From: Gammaproteobacteria bacterium
GTDB lineage: Bacteria; Pseudomonadota; Gammaproteobacteria; Steroidobacterales; JABDKV01
Direction: 5' to 3'
Assembly: GCA_029862165.1 (NCBI GenBank)
Contig: JAOTXU010000006.1
Coordinates: 69,960-133,959, forward strand
DNA: 64,000 nt
Under the pieces are notes generated by a model. It was not told where the DNA came from and did not search any database. It saw nothing but the letters and a program-made list of their open reading frames with translations. The position numbers and the translations under genes are program-made. This document shows, piece after piece, positions 19,253-29,919 of this stretch. How positions within the stretch are numbered: position 1 is the stretch's first letter; every line of letters starts with the position of its first letter.

Positions 19253-20227
19253 GTGGCAAATAAACGGCCACCATTAAACAAAAATATGCGCGGGCTGCGG
19301 GCGCGGCTGGGTGTCTGGGCCAAAAGAAGACAGGGGCCCGACGGCGAACAGCTGCGTCTGCACAGCGGCAGAATTTACATACTTCCAAACGCACAGGGTA
19401 TCGCATTTGGCTTTTTGCTACTGGCCATGCTCGTCGGCGCGATGAATTACAACAACAGCCTCGGTCTGGCCGTTACTTTTCTGATGACCGGCGTGGGTTT
19501 GGTAGCGATGCATCATTGTCAACGCAACCTGTCCGGTCTGTCGATCCGGTATGGCGGCGATCAACCGGCTTTTGTCGGGCAGAAAGCTGTCTTTCGTATT
19601 ACGCTGATTAACGATTCGAGTGCACCGCGCTTTGGCTTGACGCTAAAACGCGATGAACAGGTCAGCAAAACCTTGCATCTGGAACCGGGCGAACACGCCA
19701 CACTGACCCTGGAGGTCGACGCCGTAAAACGCGGCCATCTGGCACTGGATCGGTTCAGACTCTATACGACTTTTCCGCTCGGCCTTTTTCATTGCTGGGC
19801 GTGGATACACCCACAGTGGCAAACCATTGCCTACCCGCGTCCGGCACCGCCAGGTTCTAGCCCGCCCCCACAACATAGCGATACCGGTGGCGCGCACGAC
19901 GACAGTCAGGGCGACGCGGACTTTGCCGGTCTGCGGACGTATCGTTCCGGGGACTCGCCGCGACACATTGCCTGGAAGGCCTATGCCCGCGGACAGGAGA
20001 TGCTGGTCAAGCAATACACCGGCACGGATGTCACTTCGCACTGGTTTGACTTTGATTCCCTGAAACAAATGGATCTGGAGACGCGGTTATCTCAGCTATC
20101 GCGCTGGGTGGTCGATGCCAACCTGCAGGGCAACGCCTGGGGCCTGAGACTACCAGCCGAGACGATTGAACCCGATCTGGGTCCGGCGCACCGCAACCGC
20201 TGTCTCACCGCGCTGGCGCTAATATGA
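19253..20227 (+). CDS. DUF58 family protein
   Basis: DFAGLRTYRSGD...IAWK motif, N-terminal TM pair; follows moxR. Confidence 0.88.
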   Translation: MANKRPPLNKNMRGLRARLGVWAKRRQGPDGEQLRLHSGRIYILPNAQGIAFGFLLLAMLVGAMNYNNSLGLAVTFLMTGVGLVAMHHCQRNLSGLSIRYGGDQPAFVGQKAVFRITLINDSSAPRFGLTLKRDEQVSKTLHLEPGEHATLTLEVDAVKRGHLALDRFRLYTTFPLGLFHCWAWIHPQWQTIAYPRPAPPGSSPPPQHSDTGGAHDDSQGDADFAGLRTYRSGDSPRHIAWKAYARGQEMLVKQYTGTDVTSHWFDFDSLKQMDLETRLSQLSRWVVDANLQGNAWGLRLPAETIEPDLGPAHRNRCLTALALI

Positions 20228-22191
20228 AATACCCGGACAGAATCGATGCAGCGAGACTGTACTGGACGCTCGGTTGTCTCGGCGCCGCCTCGTTGCCACA
20301 TCTGATACATCTGCCGGCATGGCCAGTTGGGCTTATTTTGTTGACGGTGTTGTGGCGCTGGATGGTCCAACGCGGTGCTTTGCCCATGCCCGGCAAATAT
20401 ACGCGCCGGCTTTTGGCACTGACAGGTTTCGCAGGTGTTTTTCTGAACTACGGCACCATCACCGGTCTGGATGCCGGCACTGCGCTACTGGTCGTCATGG
20501 CGGCGCTAAAACTGATGGAAACACACACGGTGCGCGACCTGATCGTGTTGTTGCTCATCAGTTACTTTTTGATCGTCACACAATTTCTATTTGGCCAGTC
20601 CATCCTGATCGCGATCTATTCGATCCCGGTCATCTGGCTGATTACAACAGCATTGTCGCAAGTCAGCAGTCGCGCAGCGCCGATGCCCTGGCGCAGGGCG
20701 TTTGCGCGCTCCGGCGTATTGCTGATCCATGCGTTACCACTCATGCTAATTGCGTTTCTGTTGTTTCCCCGCTTATCCGGACCGTTCTGGTCCATTCCAC
20801 GCAGTGACAACACGGCGATGAGCGGTATTAGCGATGAAATGACCCCCGGCAGCATCAGCCGTCTGCTGCAATCCGATGCGGTCGCATTTCGCGTGCGTTT
20901 TGACGACGTTGTCCCGCCACCGGAACAACGTTATTGGCGTGGACCGGTACTCAGTAACTTTGATGGCAGTACGTGGTCACTGTTTCAGGAGGACGATCGC
21001 TTTATCAATCCAAGAAGTGTGGATCGTATTGGCAACCGGGTTGATTATGAAATTACGCTGGAGCCCCATCAACGCAAGTGGTTATTCGCACTGGAACAGG
21101 CTAATCCGCGGCAACTACCGTTGAATTCCTACATGACTAGCGACCGCCGATTACAGCGCGACAGCCCCATCACGCAGCTATACCGTTATCGTCTCGAATC
21201 CTGGCCCGAGCATTACGCTGACGCCAATGCCGCCGCATGGACCCTGCGCCGCGATACGCAGTTTAGTAGAACCAGAAACAAGCGTGCACAGGAAATGGCG
21301 CAGAGCTGGGCAGCACAAACTGACAGACCCGTCGAAATCGTCAATCGCGCATTGCGATTGTTCCGCGAACAGGAATTCACTTACACGCTGACACCACCCA
21401 TTCTGGATCAGAATAATCCCGTCGACGATTTCCTGTTTTCAACCCAGCGTGGTTTTTGTGAACACTATGCATCGGCTTTCACTTTAATGATGCGTGCCGC
21501 AGGCGTCCCCGCACGTGTGGTCCTTGGCTACCAGGGTGGCGAATTAAATCCGTACGCCCAGCACATGACAGTCCGTCAATCCGATGCGCACGCCTGGTCC
21601 GAAGTCTGGTTGCTAGGACGCGGCTGGGTACGCGTCGACCCGACCGGCGCGGTAGCGCCAGAACGCGTGGAACTGGGTGTCGAAGGCGCATTGGGCGATG
21701 GCGAGTCGTTACCGGGATTGTTTCGTGCTTATGCCTGGATGCGTCAGCTACAGTTTGGCCTGGACGCCGTCAACAATGGCTGGAACCAATGGGTGCTGGG
21801 TTTTGACGGGCAAAAACAAAACACAGTCCTCAAGGCATTGGGTATGAAAAGTCCAAGTCTGCGCAAGATGCTGTTTACCATGATTGGCCTGATGATACTG
21901 GTGCTCGCCGGTGTCGCCGCACACCTGCTATGGCAATATCGCCCGGTCCGACCCGATCCGTCGAGTCGTACTTACCGGCGTTTTTGTAAGAAGCTCGCCG
22001 GCATCGCCGACGCACGCAGGGACAGTGAAGGCCCGCTGGACTACGCGCGACGAATCGCAGATGTCCGACCTGCCCTGGCCGGTCCGGTCAACGCGATAAC
22101 GAGGCTATACCTCAACCTCCGTTATCTGCCCGAACCCCGAGACACCGACCTCGTTCGCTTCAAGCGCGCAGTCCGCACCCTCCGCGTTTAG
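20224..22191 (+). CDS. TgpA-like membrane transglutaminase (DUF3488 + transglutaminase + DUF4129)
   Basis: N-terminal TM helices; GFCEHYASA (catalytic Cys), GYQGGE, DAHAWSEV, WVRVDPT. Confidence 0.92.
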   Translation: MKYPDRIDAARLYWTLGCLGAASLPHLIHLPAWPVGLILLTVLWRWMVQRGALPMPGKYTRRLLALTGFAGVFLNYGTITGLDAGTALLVVMAALKLMETHTVRDLIVLLLISYFLIVTQFLFGQSILIAIYSIPVIWLITTALSQVSSRAAPMPWRRAFARSGVLLIHALPLMLIAFLLFPRLSGPFWSIPRSDNTAMSGISDEMTPGSISRLLQSDAVAFRVRFDDVVPPPEQRYWRGPVLSNFDGSTWSLFQEDDRFINPRSVDRIGNRVDYEITLEPHQRKWLFALEQANPRQLPLNSYMTSDRRLQRDSPITQLYRYRLESWPEHYADANAAAWTLRRDTQFSRTRNKRAQEMAQSWAAQTDRPVEIVNRALRLFREQEFTYTLTPPILDQNNPVDDFLFSTQRGFCEHYASAFTLMMRAAGVPARVVLGYQGGELNPYAQHMTVRQSDAHAWSEVWLLGRGWVRVDPTGAVAPERVELGVEGALGDGESLPGLFRAYAWMRQLQFGLDAVNNGWNQWVLGFDGQKQNTVLKALGMKSPSLRKMLFTMIGLMILVLAGVAAHLLWQYRPVRPDPSSRTYRRFCKKLAGIADARRDSEGPLDYARRIADVRPALAGPVNAITRLYLNLRYLPEPRDTDLVRFKRAVRTLRV

Positions 22192-22526
22192 TTGACTCAT
22201 TTTTCCCTCCGCCCTCCGTGACGTCTCGCTCTTATTCCCTCCCCGTTCGGGGCGATTTGCGTGTATCGAGACACGCAGATCAATACGCCGCGTAGCGACC
22301 TTTCGTGAGGCCGAAGGCCGAGCTCCTGGTCAGGGTGGGAGGCGGACCCCACGCAATGCGCTTTAGCCGCGACTCGTACGAAACACTTGCCAACTTAGCC
22401 ATGCCACAGTGCCGCCGATGAAACCGGCAAGCAGGCGGTTAACTGGAGCAAACACCGCCGTGAATACCCGTCAGCGTGGTGTGCACAGTATAACTTGTAC
22501 GGTTTCGCACACGACAAGCGCGGCAG

Positions 22527-23795
22527 TCAGGCCACGTGCGCACGACCTTGTTCGGTGCGGACAAGAAAAAGCAAGCCCCCACCAAGAAGGAACAACGGTA
22601 CGATGGCGAGAATCTCCAGGCGTGCGTTGCCGCTGATCAACACAACTGTGCCGGCCAGCAACGGCCCTATAACGGCAGCAAAACGGCCGACCATGTTGAA
22701 CAGACCAAAAAACTCGCCCGACATGTCATGAGGGATAAGGCGACCGTAGTAGGCGCGACTGAGACTCTGCACACCACCTTGTACCAAACCGATCAAAACG
22801 GCCATCGCATAAAACTGCCAAACGGATTCCAGATAATACGCCCAGACCGAAGTCATTAAATAAACGAACAAACCCAACAGGATTCCCCGATCGGCACCAA
22901 TACGTTGGCCGAGCCAGCCAAACGCCAATGCTGAAGGAAAACCCACAAACTGCGTCAACAACAGGGCCTTGATCAGATCGGTATCCTGAAAACCCAGACT
23001 TAACCCGTAATCCGCTGCCAGCTTGATCACCGTGTACACGCCGTCGATGTACAGCCAGTACGCCAGCAAGAAATACAAGGCCGGCCGGTACGCGCTCAGG
23101 TGACGCACGGTCTCGCGTAATTGCCGCAAACCGGCACCCACCGCCAGACGCAGTGGTTGGCGATCCTTGGTCGGTTTCTCTTGCACGTATAGCAGCAAGG
23201 GAATCGAAAACAACATCCACCAAATCGCGACTGACAAGAAAGACCAGCGTACCGCGTCGTCTTTGGCCTCCAGGCCAAAAAGACCCGGTTGCAAAACCAT
23301 CACGACGTTAATGGCAAATAATAAACCACCCCCCAGATAACCCATCGCATAGCCGTAACCGGACACGATATCCATTTCGTCATCTTGTGCCACATCGACG
23401 ATCATCGAATCATTGAACATATTCGATAACGCAAAACCGACTGATCCGCCGGCGAACACTACAGCTGCTTCAAGCCAGCGCCCGGCGCCGACAAAATAAA
23501 GCGCCGCAGTGGCCAGCGCACCAGTCATCGCAAAAATAATGAGCCCTTTTTTTCTCGTCCCGCTGCGGTCCGCGATGGCACCCAGCAGCGGAGCGAGTAT
23601 GGCGACTAGCAATGCGGCGCTACTGTTGGCCAGGCCTAAACGAAACGTGGATACGGTAACGTCTACACCGACGTTCCAGTATTGTTTAAAAAAGATCGGA
23701 AAAAACCCGGCCAGTACCGTCGTCGCGAACGCAGAATTGGCCCAGTCGTACAATGCCCATGACAAAACCGGTCGGCGCAGCAGCACTCGTGGCAT
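22527..23795 (-). CDS. MFS transporter (UMF1/Atg22-like)
   Basis: SWALYDWANSAF, about 12 TM helices, QSLSRAYY, EFFGLFNM. Confidence 0.88.
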   Translation of the reverse strand: MPRVLLRRPVLSWALYDWANSAFATTVLAGFFPIFFKQYWNVGVDVTVSTFRLGLANSSAALLVAILAPLLGAIADRSGTRKKGLIIFAMTGALATAALYFVGAGRWLEAAVVFAGGSVGFALSNMFNDSMIVDVAQDDEMDIVSGYGYAMGYLGGGLLFAINVVMVLQPGLFGLEAKDDAVRWSFLSVAIWWMLFSIPLLLYVQEKPTKDRQPLRLAVGAGLRQLRETVRHLSAYRPALYFLLAYWLYIDGVYTVIKLAADYGLSLGFQDTDLIKALLLTQFVGFPSALAFGWLGQRIGADRGILLGLFVYLMTSVWAYYLESVWQFYAMAVLIGLVQGGVQSLSRAYYGRLIPHDMSGEFFGLFNMVGRFAAVIGPLLAGTVVLISGNARLEILAIVPLFLLGGGLLFLVRTEQGRAHVA

Positions 23796-23804
23796 GCGCT
23801 TGGC

Positions 23805-24284
23805 CTAAGCGAGATCGACAGGCAGGCTGCGCGCGAGGACCAAAGCATCCTCACGCCCGATCTCGGCTGGGTAGTAACCCCGGCGCACACCGAGCTGAGT
23901 AAATCCTGCCCGCCCATACAGCCGTTGTGCGGCGGTATTGGAGGGCCGCACCTCCAGAATTACGCGTTCCACACGCAATTCTGCCAATTCTTCCAAAAGG
24001 TGTTGGAGGAACGCAGCGCCAAGTTGCTGCTGTCTGCGCTCAGGCACAATGCAGAGGTTAAGTATGTGCGCTTCACTCTCTGCCACTGACACGACCGCAT
24101 AACCCGCCAAACCGCCGCTGGTATCCAGGACGCGACAAATATAGCCAGTCTGTAGACAATCTCTGAATATGCCCAGACTCCAGGGAAAGGGATAAGTCGC
24201 TTTCTCGATTTCCTCGACCCGCACGACGTCGGCCGGACGCATCGGCCGGACATTTACCCGCAGACTTTCTACCGCAACACTCAT
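23805..24284 (-). CDS. rimI: Ribosomal-protein S18 alanine N-acetyltransferase
   Basis: FPWS, EAHILNL, LEVRPSN, RRGYYPA...EDA. Confidence 0.92.
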   Translation of the reverse strand: MSVAVESLRVNVRPMRPADVVRVEEIEKATYPFPWSLGIFRDCLQTGYICRVLDTSGGLAGYAVVSVAESEAHILNLCIVPERRQQQLGAAFLQHLLEELAELRVERVILEVRPSNTAAQRLYGRAGFTQLGVRRGYYPAEIGREDALVLARSLPVDLA

Positions 24285-25003
24285 GAATGAGACTCGCTTT
24301 GCTCAAGCGCAAAAAGCAGATCCTGCCAGACCTTGCGTTTCTCTTTGGGTGAACGCAACAAATACGCCGGGTGATAGGTCACTACGACAGGCACGCCAGG
24401 ATCGTCGCCGTAATGATGCAACTTGCCACGCATGCGACCGACCGGCGTGTCATTCTTGAGCAACCGCTGTGCGGCAACCCGCCCCACAGCCAGGATAATT
24501 TTGGGATTGACCAACTCGATTTGTCTGGCCAGAAAGCCGCCGCAGGATACGGCTTCTTCTGGTCTCGGATCGCGATTATCCGGTGGGCGACATTTCACAA
24601 TGTTGGCGATGTATACCTCATGTCGTTTGAAACCGGCCGCGATCAACATCGAATTCAATAACTGCCCGGCCCGTCCCACAAACGGCTCGCCCTGACGATC
24701 CTCTTCGGCGCCGGGCGCCTCGCCGATGATCATCCATTGCGCGTTTTGGTCGCCGGTACCAAATACCGTTTGCGTTCGGCCACGATGCAGATCGCAAGCA
24801 CGACAACGCGACACGGTTGCTGCAAGAGTGCTCCAGTCGAGCTGCGCAACATCATCGACGACCGGTGCAATGACATCGGTTTGTTTTGGCGTCTCAGTGG
24901 GGGCCTCGTTCCTGATGAGCGCGCCACTTTGTTGGCGTGGCAGCCAGACACGCACGCCCATGGCTTGTAGCATCGACAGCTTGTCGGTTTGTTTTCCGGT
25001 CAA
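24281..25003 (-). CDS. Uracil-DNA glycosylase family 4
   Basis: CRAC, GEAPG..E, PFVGRAG, KCRPP, YHPAYLLR. Confidence 0.93.
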   Translation of the reverse strand: MTGKQTDKLSMLQAMGVRVWLPRQQSGALIRNEAPTETPKQTDVIAPVVDDVAQLDWSTLAATVSRCRACDLHRGRTQTVFGTGDQNAQWMIIGEAPGAEEDRQGEPFVGRAGQLLNSMLIAAGFKRHEVYIANIVKCRPPDNRDPRPEEAVSCGGFLARQIELVNPKIILAVGRVAAQRLLKNDTPVGRMRGKLHHYGDDPGVPVVVTYHPAYLLRSPKEKRKVWQDLLFALEQSESHS

Positions 25004-25005
25004 GA

Positions 25006-25836
25006 TCAGGCCGTCTTGTCGTGATGCGTCGCCCGCTCTGTTTCGCTGGCGTCTGCGTTAGCGCTGTCTGCTTGTGTAGCGTTAGCATTGCGACGGCGGC
25101 GCAGAAGCCGGTAGCTGCCAAGAATGGGTCCGGTTGTAGCGTAAAACGCAAAAAGTACAAACATTACGATGGGCGGGTTCAGTGAAATCAGAACGAACAC
25201 GGCAGGAATCAAAATAACTTGCGTAAACGGGATGCGTTCGCCGAGATTGAATTCCTTGAAGCTGTAATAGCGAAAGTTGCTGACCATCAACAGACCGGCC
25301 AGCGCGGTAACCAGAAAAGCGGGAATCAATGCCTGGTTGCCTGTCAGACCATACTGGGTTCCCAACCAGACCCAGCCACCAACAAAACCGGCACCGGATG
25401 GGCTAGGCAGACCTTCGAAAAAACGTTTGTCTTTCACGGGACGGGAATTAAAGCGTGCCAGTCGCAACGCTGCACCGACCGAATAGAAAAACGCCGCCAA
25501 CCAGCCTAGCTTGCCCCAGACAATGGCACTGTCCGCGATCCGTTCCAACCCCCACTGATAAACGACCAACGCTGGTGCCAGGCCAAAAGACACCATGTCA
25601 CAAAGGCTGTCGTATTCTTTACCAAAATCGCTGTCGGTACCGGTCATGCGGGCAACACGACCGTCCACACCGTCAAGCATCATCGCCACGAATATTGCGA
25701 TCGACGCCCGAATAAACGCCCCATCCATGGCTGCTACCACGGAGTAGAAACCCGCGAACAACGCTGCTGTCGTAAGCAGGTTTGGCAGTAGATATATGCC
25801 GCGTCGGCGAAACCGATGTTTTTTGTCGGTGCTCAT
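25006..25836 (-). CDS. pssA: CDP-diacylglycerol--serine O-phosphatidyltransferase
   Basis: LPNLLT, DGVDGRVAR...GKEYDSLCD CDP-alcohol motif, LRLARFN, GLPSP. Start ATG 25836. Confidence 0.93.
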   Translation of the reverse strand: MSTDKKHRFRRRGIYLLPNLLTTAALFAGFYSVVAAMDGAFIRASIAIFVAMMLDGVDGRVARMTGTDSDFGKEYDSLCDMVSFGLAPALVVYQWGLERIADSAIVWGKLGWLAAFFYSVGAALRLARFNSRPVKDKRFFEGLPSPSGAGFVGGWVWLGTQYGLTGNQALIPAFLVTALAGLLMVSNFRYYSFKEFNLGERIPFTQVILIPAVFVLISLNPPIVMFVLFAFYATTGPILGSYRLLRRRRNANATQADSANADASETERATHHDKTA

Positions 25837-25881
25837 CGGATCATGATGCCATGGGTCACAGAAGCCTGCCAAAAACCGATT

Positions 25882-26505
25882 CTAGTCATGTATCAGACGG
25901 GCGAGTATATCGTTGCCGGCACGCACATAATCGCCTGCAGCGACCTTGCTGCTGCTATTGAGCGGTATGAAAACCTGGACGCGGCGCGTCAGACGGATAA
26001 AACCATAAGGTTGGCCCTGCCCCAGCCTTTCGCCATAACCGATAAAAGACTTGGGCCGAAACGGTCGGGGTGCATTCATCAGTACAACGACGTCGTCATT
26101 TTCGTCGGTGCGTATCCACAACCCGCTAACCCCGGTCAGGCGCGAGCCGGCCGAATAATTATCTTGCAGATTGAGCACCTTACCTTCCACTGGACTGCGC
26201 GCGGTGTACGCGCCGAAATTATCTACCCGGATCGTAATGCGGGTTGATTCCCGTTCCAACGCACCTTTGTCGGTGTATTCCACCGCGAGTACTCGGCCGT
26301 CTACCGGACTCAACACTGCCAGCGGCACAGATGGAATTTCTCGGGGCGGATCGCGAAAAATCAGAATAAAGAAGATCAGCAAAGCAAGCGATATTATGCC
26401 GAGCGTCACACTACCGATGCGTAGGGCCACAATACAAAGCAGTATCGAGCCCAACATGAACAACCAGCCCTCACGTGATATCAAACGCGCTGTCGGTCTC
26501 CGCAT
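25882..26505 (-). CDS. Phosphatidylserine decarboxylase-like protein lacking the catalytic motifs
   Basis: FIFRDPPR, SPVDG, RSPVEG, GERLGQG..YGFIR fit the short Psd family, but the usual FGS cleavage site reads LTR. Confidence 0.8.
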   Translation of the reverse strand: MRRPTARLISREGWLFMLGSILLCIVALRIGSVTLGIISLALLIFFILIFRDPPREIPSVPLAVLSPVDGRVLAVEYTDKGALERESTRITIRVDNFGAYTARSPVEGKVLNLQDNYSAGSRLTGVSGLWIRTDENDDVVVLMNAPRPFRPKSFIGYGERLGQGQPYGFIRLTRRVQVFIPLNSSSKVAAGDYVRAGNDILARLIHD

Positions 26506-26508
26506 GGA

Positions 26509-27513
26509 TCAATCCTCGTCCTTGCCCGGCTGAAACCCGACCATCGTGTCACGCAGGCGGGCACCGACTTGCTCAATCTTGTGACCACGCGCAGCCGCTC
26601 TGCCCTTTTTTAGGACGGGCATGCCGTCGCGAAATTCCCCGGCCAGTTCGTGGCTGAAACTGCCGTTTCTAATTTCGTTGAGTATTTCACTCATCGCCAG
26701 CCGGGATCCAGCACCGATAACCCGCGGCCCGCGCGTGTAGTCACCGTACTCGGCTGTACTGGAAATCGATTCACGCATGCCGGCAATACCACGCCGATAA
26801 ATCAGGTCGGCTATCAATTTTACTTCGTGCAAACAACTAAAGTATGCCAACTCTTCCGGGTATCCAGCATCAACAAGTGTGTCGAAGGCATTTGAAATCA
26901 GATGCGTTAAACCGCCGCACAACACGACCTGCTCTGCAAACAGATCGGTTTCGGTTTCATCTCTGAAACTAGTCTCAATGATCCCGGCGCGCGCGTGGCC
27001 ATTCGCCCAGGCATACGATGCGCCAATCGCGGCGGCATCGCCAGTAGCGTCGTGGTGTACTGCCAGTAACGCCGGCACGCCACCGCCGTCAGCGTAGCGT
27101 TCACGCACCTGGTCGCCGATGCCCAGTGGGGCGACCATCAGCACATCCAGGTCGGCGCGCGGATGGATCAAGTCGAAGTGGACGTTATAGCCGTGCGCAA
27201 AAAGCAGCGCGGATCCGGGGCGCAACAGCGGATCGACGACAACGGCATGGACCCCAGCCTGAGCCTCGTCGGGAACCAGCATCATGACCACGTCCGCACT
27301 GGAAACCGCATCGGCGATTGGCCGGGCAGATACGCCTGCATGTCTGCATGCGGCTGCGGAGGCAGAACCGTCACGCAGCCCTACGACGACGTCCACACCC
27401 GACTCTTTCAGGTTCAACGCATGCGCCCTGCCCTGCGCGCCGAAGCCGAGCACCGCCACTTTTCGATCCAGGATCAAGGCTGGATTGACGTCGTTTTCGT
27501 AGAGTGTCGCCAT
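26509..27513 (-). CDS. ilvC: Ketol-acid reductoisomerase (short class I)
   Basis: [42 protein letters not shown]. Confidence 0.93.
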   Translation of the reverse strand: MATLYENDVNPALILDRKVAVLGFGAQGRAHALNLKESGVDVVVGLRDGSASAAACRHAGVSARPIADAVSSADVVMMLVPDEAQAGVHAVVVDPLLRPGSALLFAHGYNVHFDLIHPRADLDVLMVAPLGIGDQVRERYADGGGVPALLAVHHDATGDAAAIGASYAWANGHARAGIIETSFRDETETDLFAEQVVLCGGLTHLISNAFDTLVDAGYPEELAYFSCLHEVKLIADLIYRRGIAGMRESISSTAEYGDYTRGPRVIGAGSRLAMSEILNEIRNGSFSHELAGEFRDGMPVLKKGRAAARGHKIEQVGARLRDTMVGFQPGKDED

Positions 27514-27643
27514 TGATTTTCGGTCGTGTCCGGCGAGCCACCGTTGGCAAGGAGCGCGAATCTACTCGTCCCGGAAACGAAAATCAACGACCTGTTGCAC
27601 AAGTTTTCTATACTATTCCGGCGTACACCCAGGGTTATCGTTT

Positions 27644-29362
27644 ATGCGCCTTTCTTCACTGCCTATAGCTACCCAAAAAGAAGCACCGGCTGACGCCGAG
27701 ATCATCAGTCATAAGCTGATGTTGAGAGCCGGGCTGATCCGCAAACTGGCAGCCGGCATTTACTCCTGGCTGCCGCTCGGGTTACGGGTCGTGCGCAATG
27801 TGGAACGCATCGTGCGAGAAGAAATGAACCGTGCCGGTGGCCTGGAAGTCATCCTTCCCAGCGTGCACCCGGGCGCCCTGTGGCATGAAACAGGGCGCTG
27901 GGATATCTATGGCCCAGAACTGCTGCGTTTCAAAGACCGGCACGACCGCGAGTTTTGTTATGGACCGACGCACGAAGAAGTCATGACGGATATCGCGCGC
28001 CGCGAGCTACGCAGTTATCGTCAGCTGCCAGTTATTTTTTACCAGATACAAACGAAATTTCGTGACGAGATACGCCCTCGCTTTGGTGTCATGCGAGCGC
28101 GTGAATTCGTGATGAAGGATGCCTACTCCTTTCACATTGACGATGCCTCGTTGCAAGAAACCTACCAGGTGATGTACGAAGCCTATAGCCGGATTTTTGA
28201 ACGCACCGGATTGCGCTTTCGCTCCGTAATGGCTGATAGCGGGGCCATTGGTGGCGATGTCTCGCATGAATTTCACGTTCTTGCAGACTCCGGCGAAGAC
28301 GCGATTGTCTTTTCCAACGGCAGCGATTACGCGGCCAACATTGAGGCCACACCGGCACCGGTGCCTGAGGGCCATCGCCCGGCTCCGGGCGCGACTATGG
28401 AAAAAATTGCGACGCCGGATACGCATACGATTGAAGAGGTGTCGGCAATGTTAAACGTGCCAGCCTCCGCGTGTGCCAAAACGCTGTTTGTTTGCGGCCA
28501 TGAAAAGGACACCGTTGTTGCGCTAATCATACGTGGCGATCATGAACTCAATGCAATAAAGGCTGCAAAACTCCCAGAAGTCGCCGACCCACTCCAAATG
28601 GCCAACACGGCACAGATACGCAAGATCGCCAACAGCAATCCGGGTTCGGTGGGCCCGGTCGGTTTGCAGTGCAAAGTCTATGCGGATCACTCCGCGGCGC
28701 ATTTGAGCGACTTTGTCTGTGGCGCTAACGAAGATGGCTTTCACCTGCGCAACGTCAACTGGGTGCGCGATCTGCCGGAAGCGGCAACCGCGGACCTGCG
28801 CAACGTCATCGCCGGCGACGCCAGCCCCGACGGCAGCGGCACACTGGAGATTGCCCGTGGGATCGAGGTCGGTCATATCTTCGGGCTGGGCACCAAGTAC
28901 AGCGCGCCCATGAAGGCGACCGTGCTCGACCGGACCGGCAAAAACGTTGCCATGCCGATGGGCTGCTATGGCATAGGTGTGACGCGCATCGTGGCGGCGG
29001 CAATTGAACAGAATCATGATGAGGGCGGAATCATTTGGCCGACGGCGATAGCACCTTTCCAAATCGTGATAGTAGCTCTGAATTTGCAAAAATCTGCGAA
29101 GCTGCGGGAAGCCGCCGAAGCACTCTACCAACGCCTGTCATCACAGGGTTACGATGTGTTATTCGACGATCGAGATGCCCGCCCCGGGGTCAAGTTTGCC
29201 GATTGCGAGCTGCTGGGAATTCCGGTGCGTCTGGTCATCGGCGAGCGTGGACTGGATGCCGGTACAATCGAGTGCCGTGGACGCCGTGACAGCGACAATG
29301 AAAATATCGCGATGGCCGCGCTGGATGATTACTTGCGGAAAAAGTTACAGATCACATCATGA
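27644..29362 (+). CDS. proS: Proline--tRNA ligase
   Basis: [22 protein letters not shown] editing domain, [15 protein letters not shown]. Confidence 0.97.
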   Translation: MRLSSLPIATQKEAPADAEIISHKLMLRAGLIRKLAAGIYSWLPLGLRVVRNVERIVREEMNRAGGLEVILPSVHPGALWHETGRWDIYGPELLRFKDRHDREFCYGPTHEEVMTDIARRELRSYRQLPVIFYQIQTKFRDEIRPRFGVMRAREFVMKDAYSFHIDDASLQETYQVMYEAYSRIFERTGLRFRSVMADSGAIGGDVSHEFHVLADSGEDAIVFSNGSDYAANIEATPAPVPEGHRPAPGATMEKIATPDTHTIEEVSAMLNVPASACAKTLFVCGHEKDTVVALIIRGDHELNAIKAAKLPEVADPLQMANTAQIRKIANSNPGSVGPVGLQCKVYADHSAAHLSDFVCGANEDGFHLRNVNWVRDLPEAATADLRNVIAGDASPDGSGTLEIARGIEVGHIFGLGTKYSAPMKATVLDRTGKNVAMPMGCYGIGVTRIVAAAIEQNHDEGGIIWPTAIAPFQIVIVALNLQKSAKLREAAEALYQRLSSQGYDVLFDDRDARPGVKFADCELLGIPVRLVIGERGLDAGTIECRGRRDSDNENIAMAALDDYLRKKLQITS

Positions 29363-29919
29363 CGACGTTGCGCAGTTTGGTTTTTGCGACACTGATGCTG
29401 GCGGCTACGACGGCTTTCGGCTCGGCCGACCCGGAGCTGCGCGCCCTGCTCCTCGATGCGGTATCAGAATCGGCCAGCTTCCAGGACCGCTTTGACGCCG
29501 AGGTCTGGCTAACCGACATGTCCACACGACTTAGCCGCCAGGTGCCCGAATCTGAAGAGAGATTGCACATACTCCGCCAGGTCCACCACGAAGCCGCCCG
29601 TGTCGATCTGCCACCAGAGCTGGTACTTGCCGTTATCGATGTTGAGAGCAATTTTGATCGCTTCGCCATTTCCTGGGCCGGCGCACTGGGGCTGATGCAA
29701 GTGATGCCATTTTGGTTAAACGAAATCGGCCGTCCGAACGACAACCTCTTTCATATCAACACTAATCTGAGGATGGGTTGCACGATCTTGCGTTACTACC
29801 TCGATCGCGAGCAGGGCGACATGATTCGGGCGCTGGCGCGTTACAACGGCAGCCTGGGTCGCCGGATTTATTCTGACAAGGTGCTGGATAAACTCCGGCG
29901 CAAGTGGTTTCGTTACTAA
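29359..29919 (+). CDS. Lytic transglycosylase (SLT domain)
   Basis: [25 protein letters not shown]. Confidence 0.9.
   Translation: MTTLRSLVFATLMLAATTAFGSADPELRALLLDAVSESASFQDRFDAEVWLTDMSTRLSRQVPESEERLHILRQVHHEAARVDLPPELVLAVIDVESNFDRFAISWAGALGLMQVMPFWLNEIGRPNDNLFHINTNLRMGCTILRYYLDREQGDMIRALARYNGSLGRRIYSDKVLDKLRRKWFRY

Noticed and set aside
22105-22200. 31 aa minus-strand ORF (MSQLNAEGAD...) behind a strong GGAGGG
   Set aside because: Almost wholly antisense to the tgpA 3' end, with no recognisable features.
22290-22335. Hammerhead-like CTGACCA...GAAA on the minus strand
   Set aside because: The core should be CUGAnGA; G8 is C and cannot pair with C3, and flanking stems are unconvincing.
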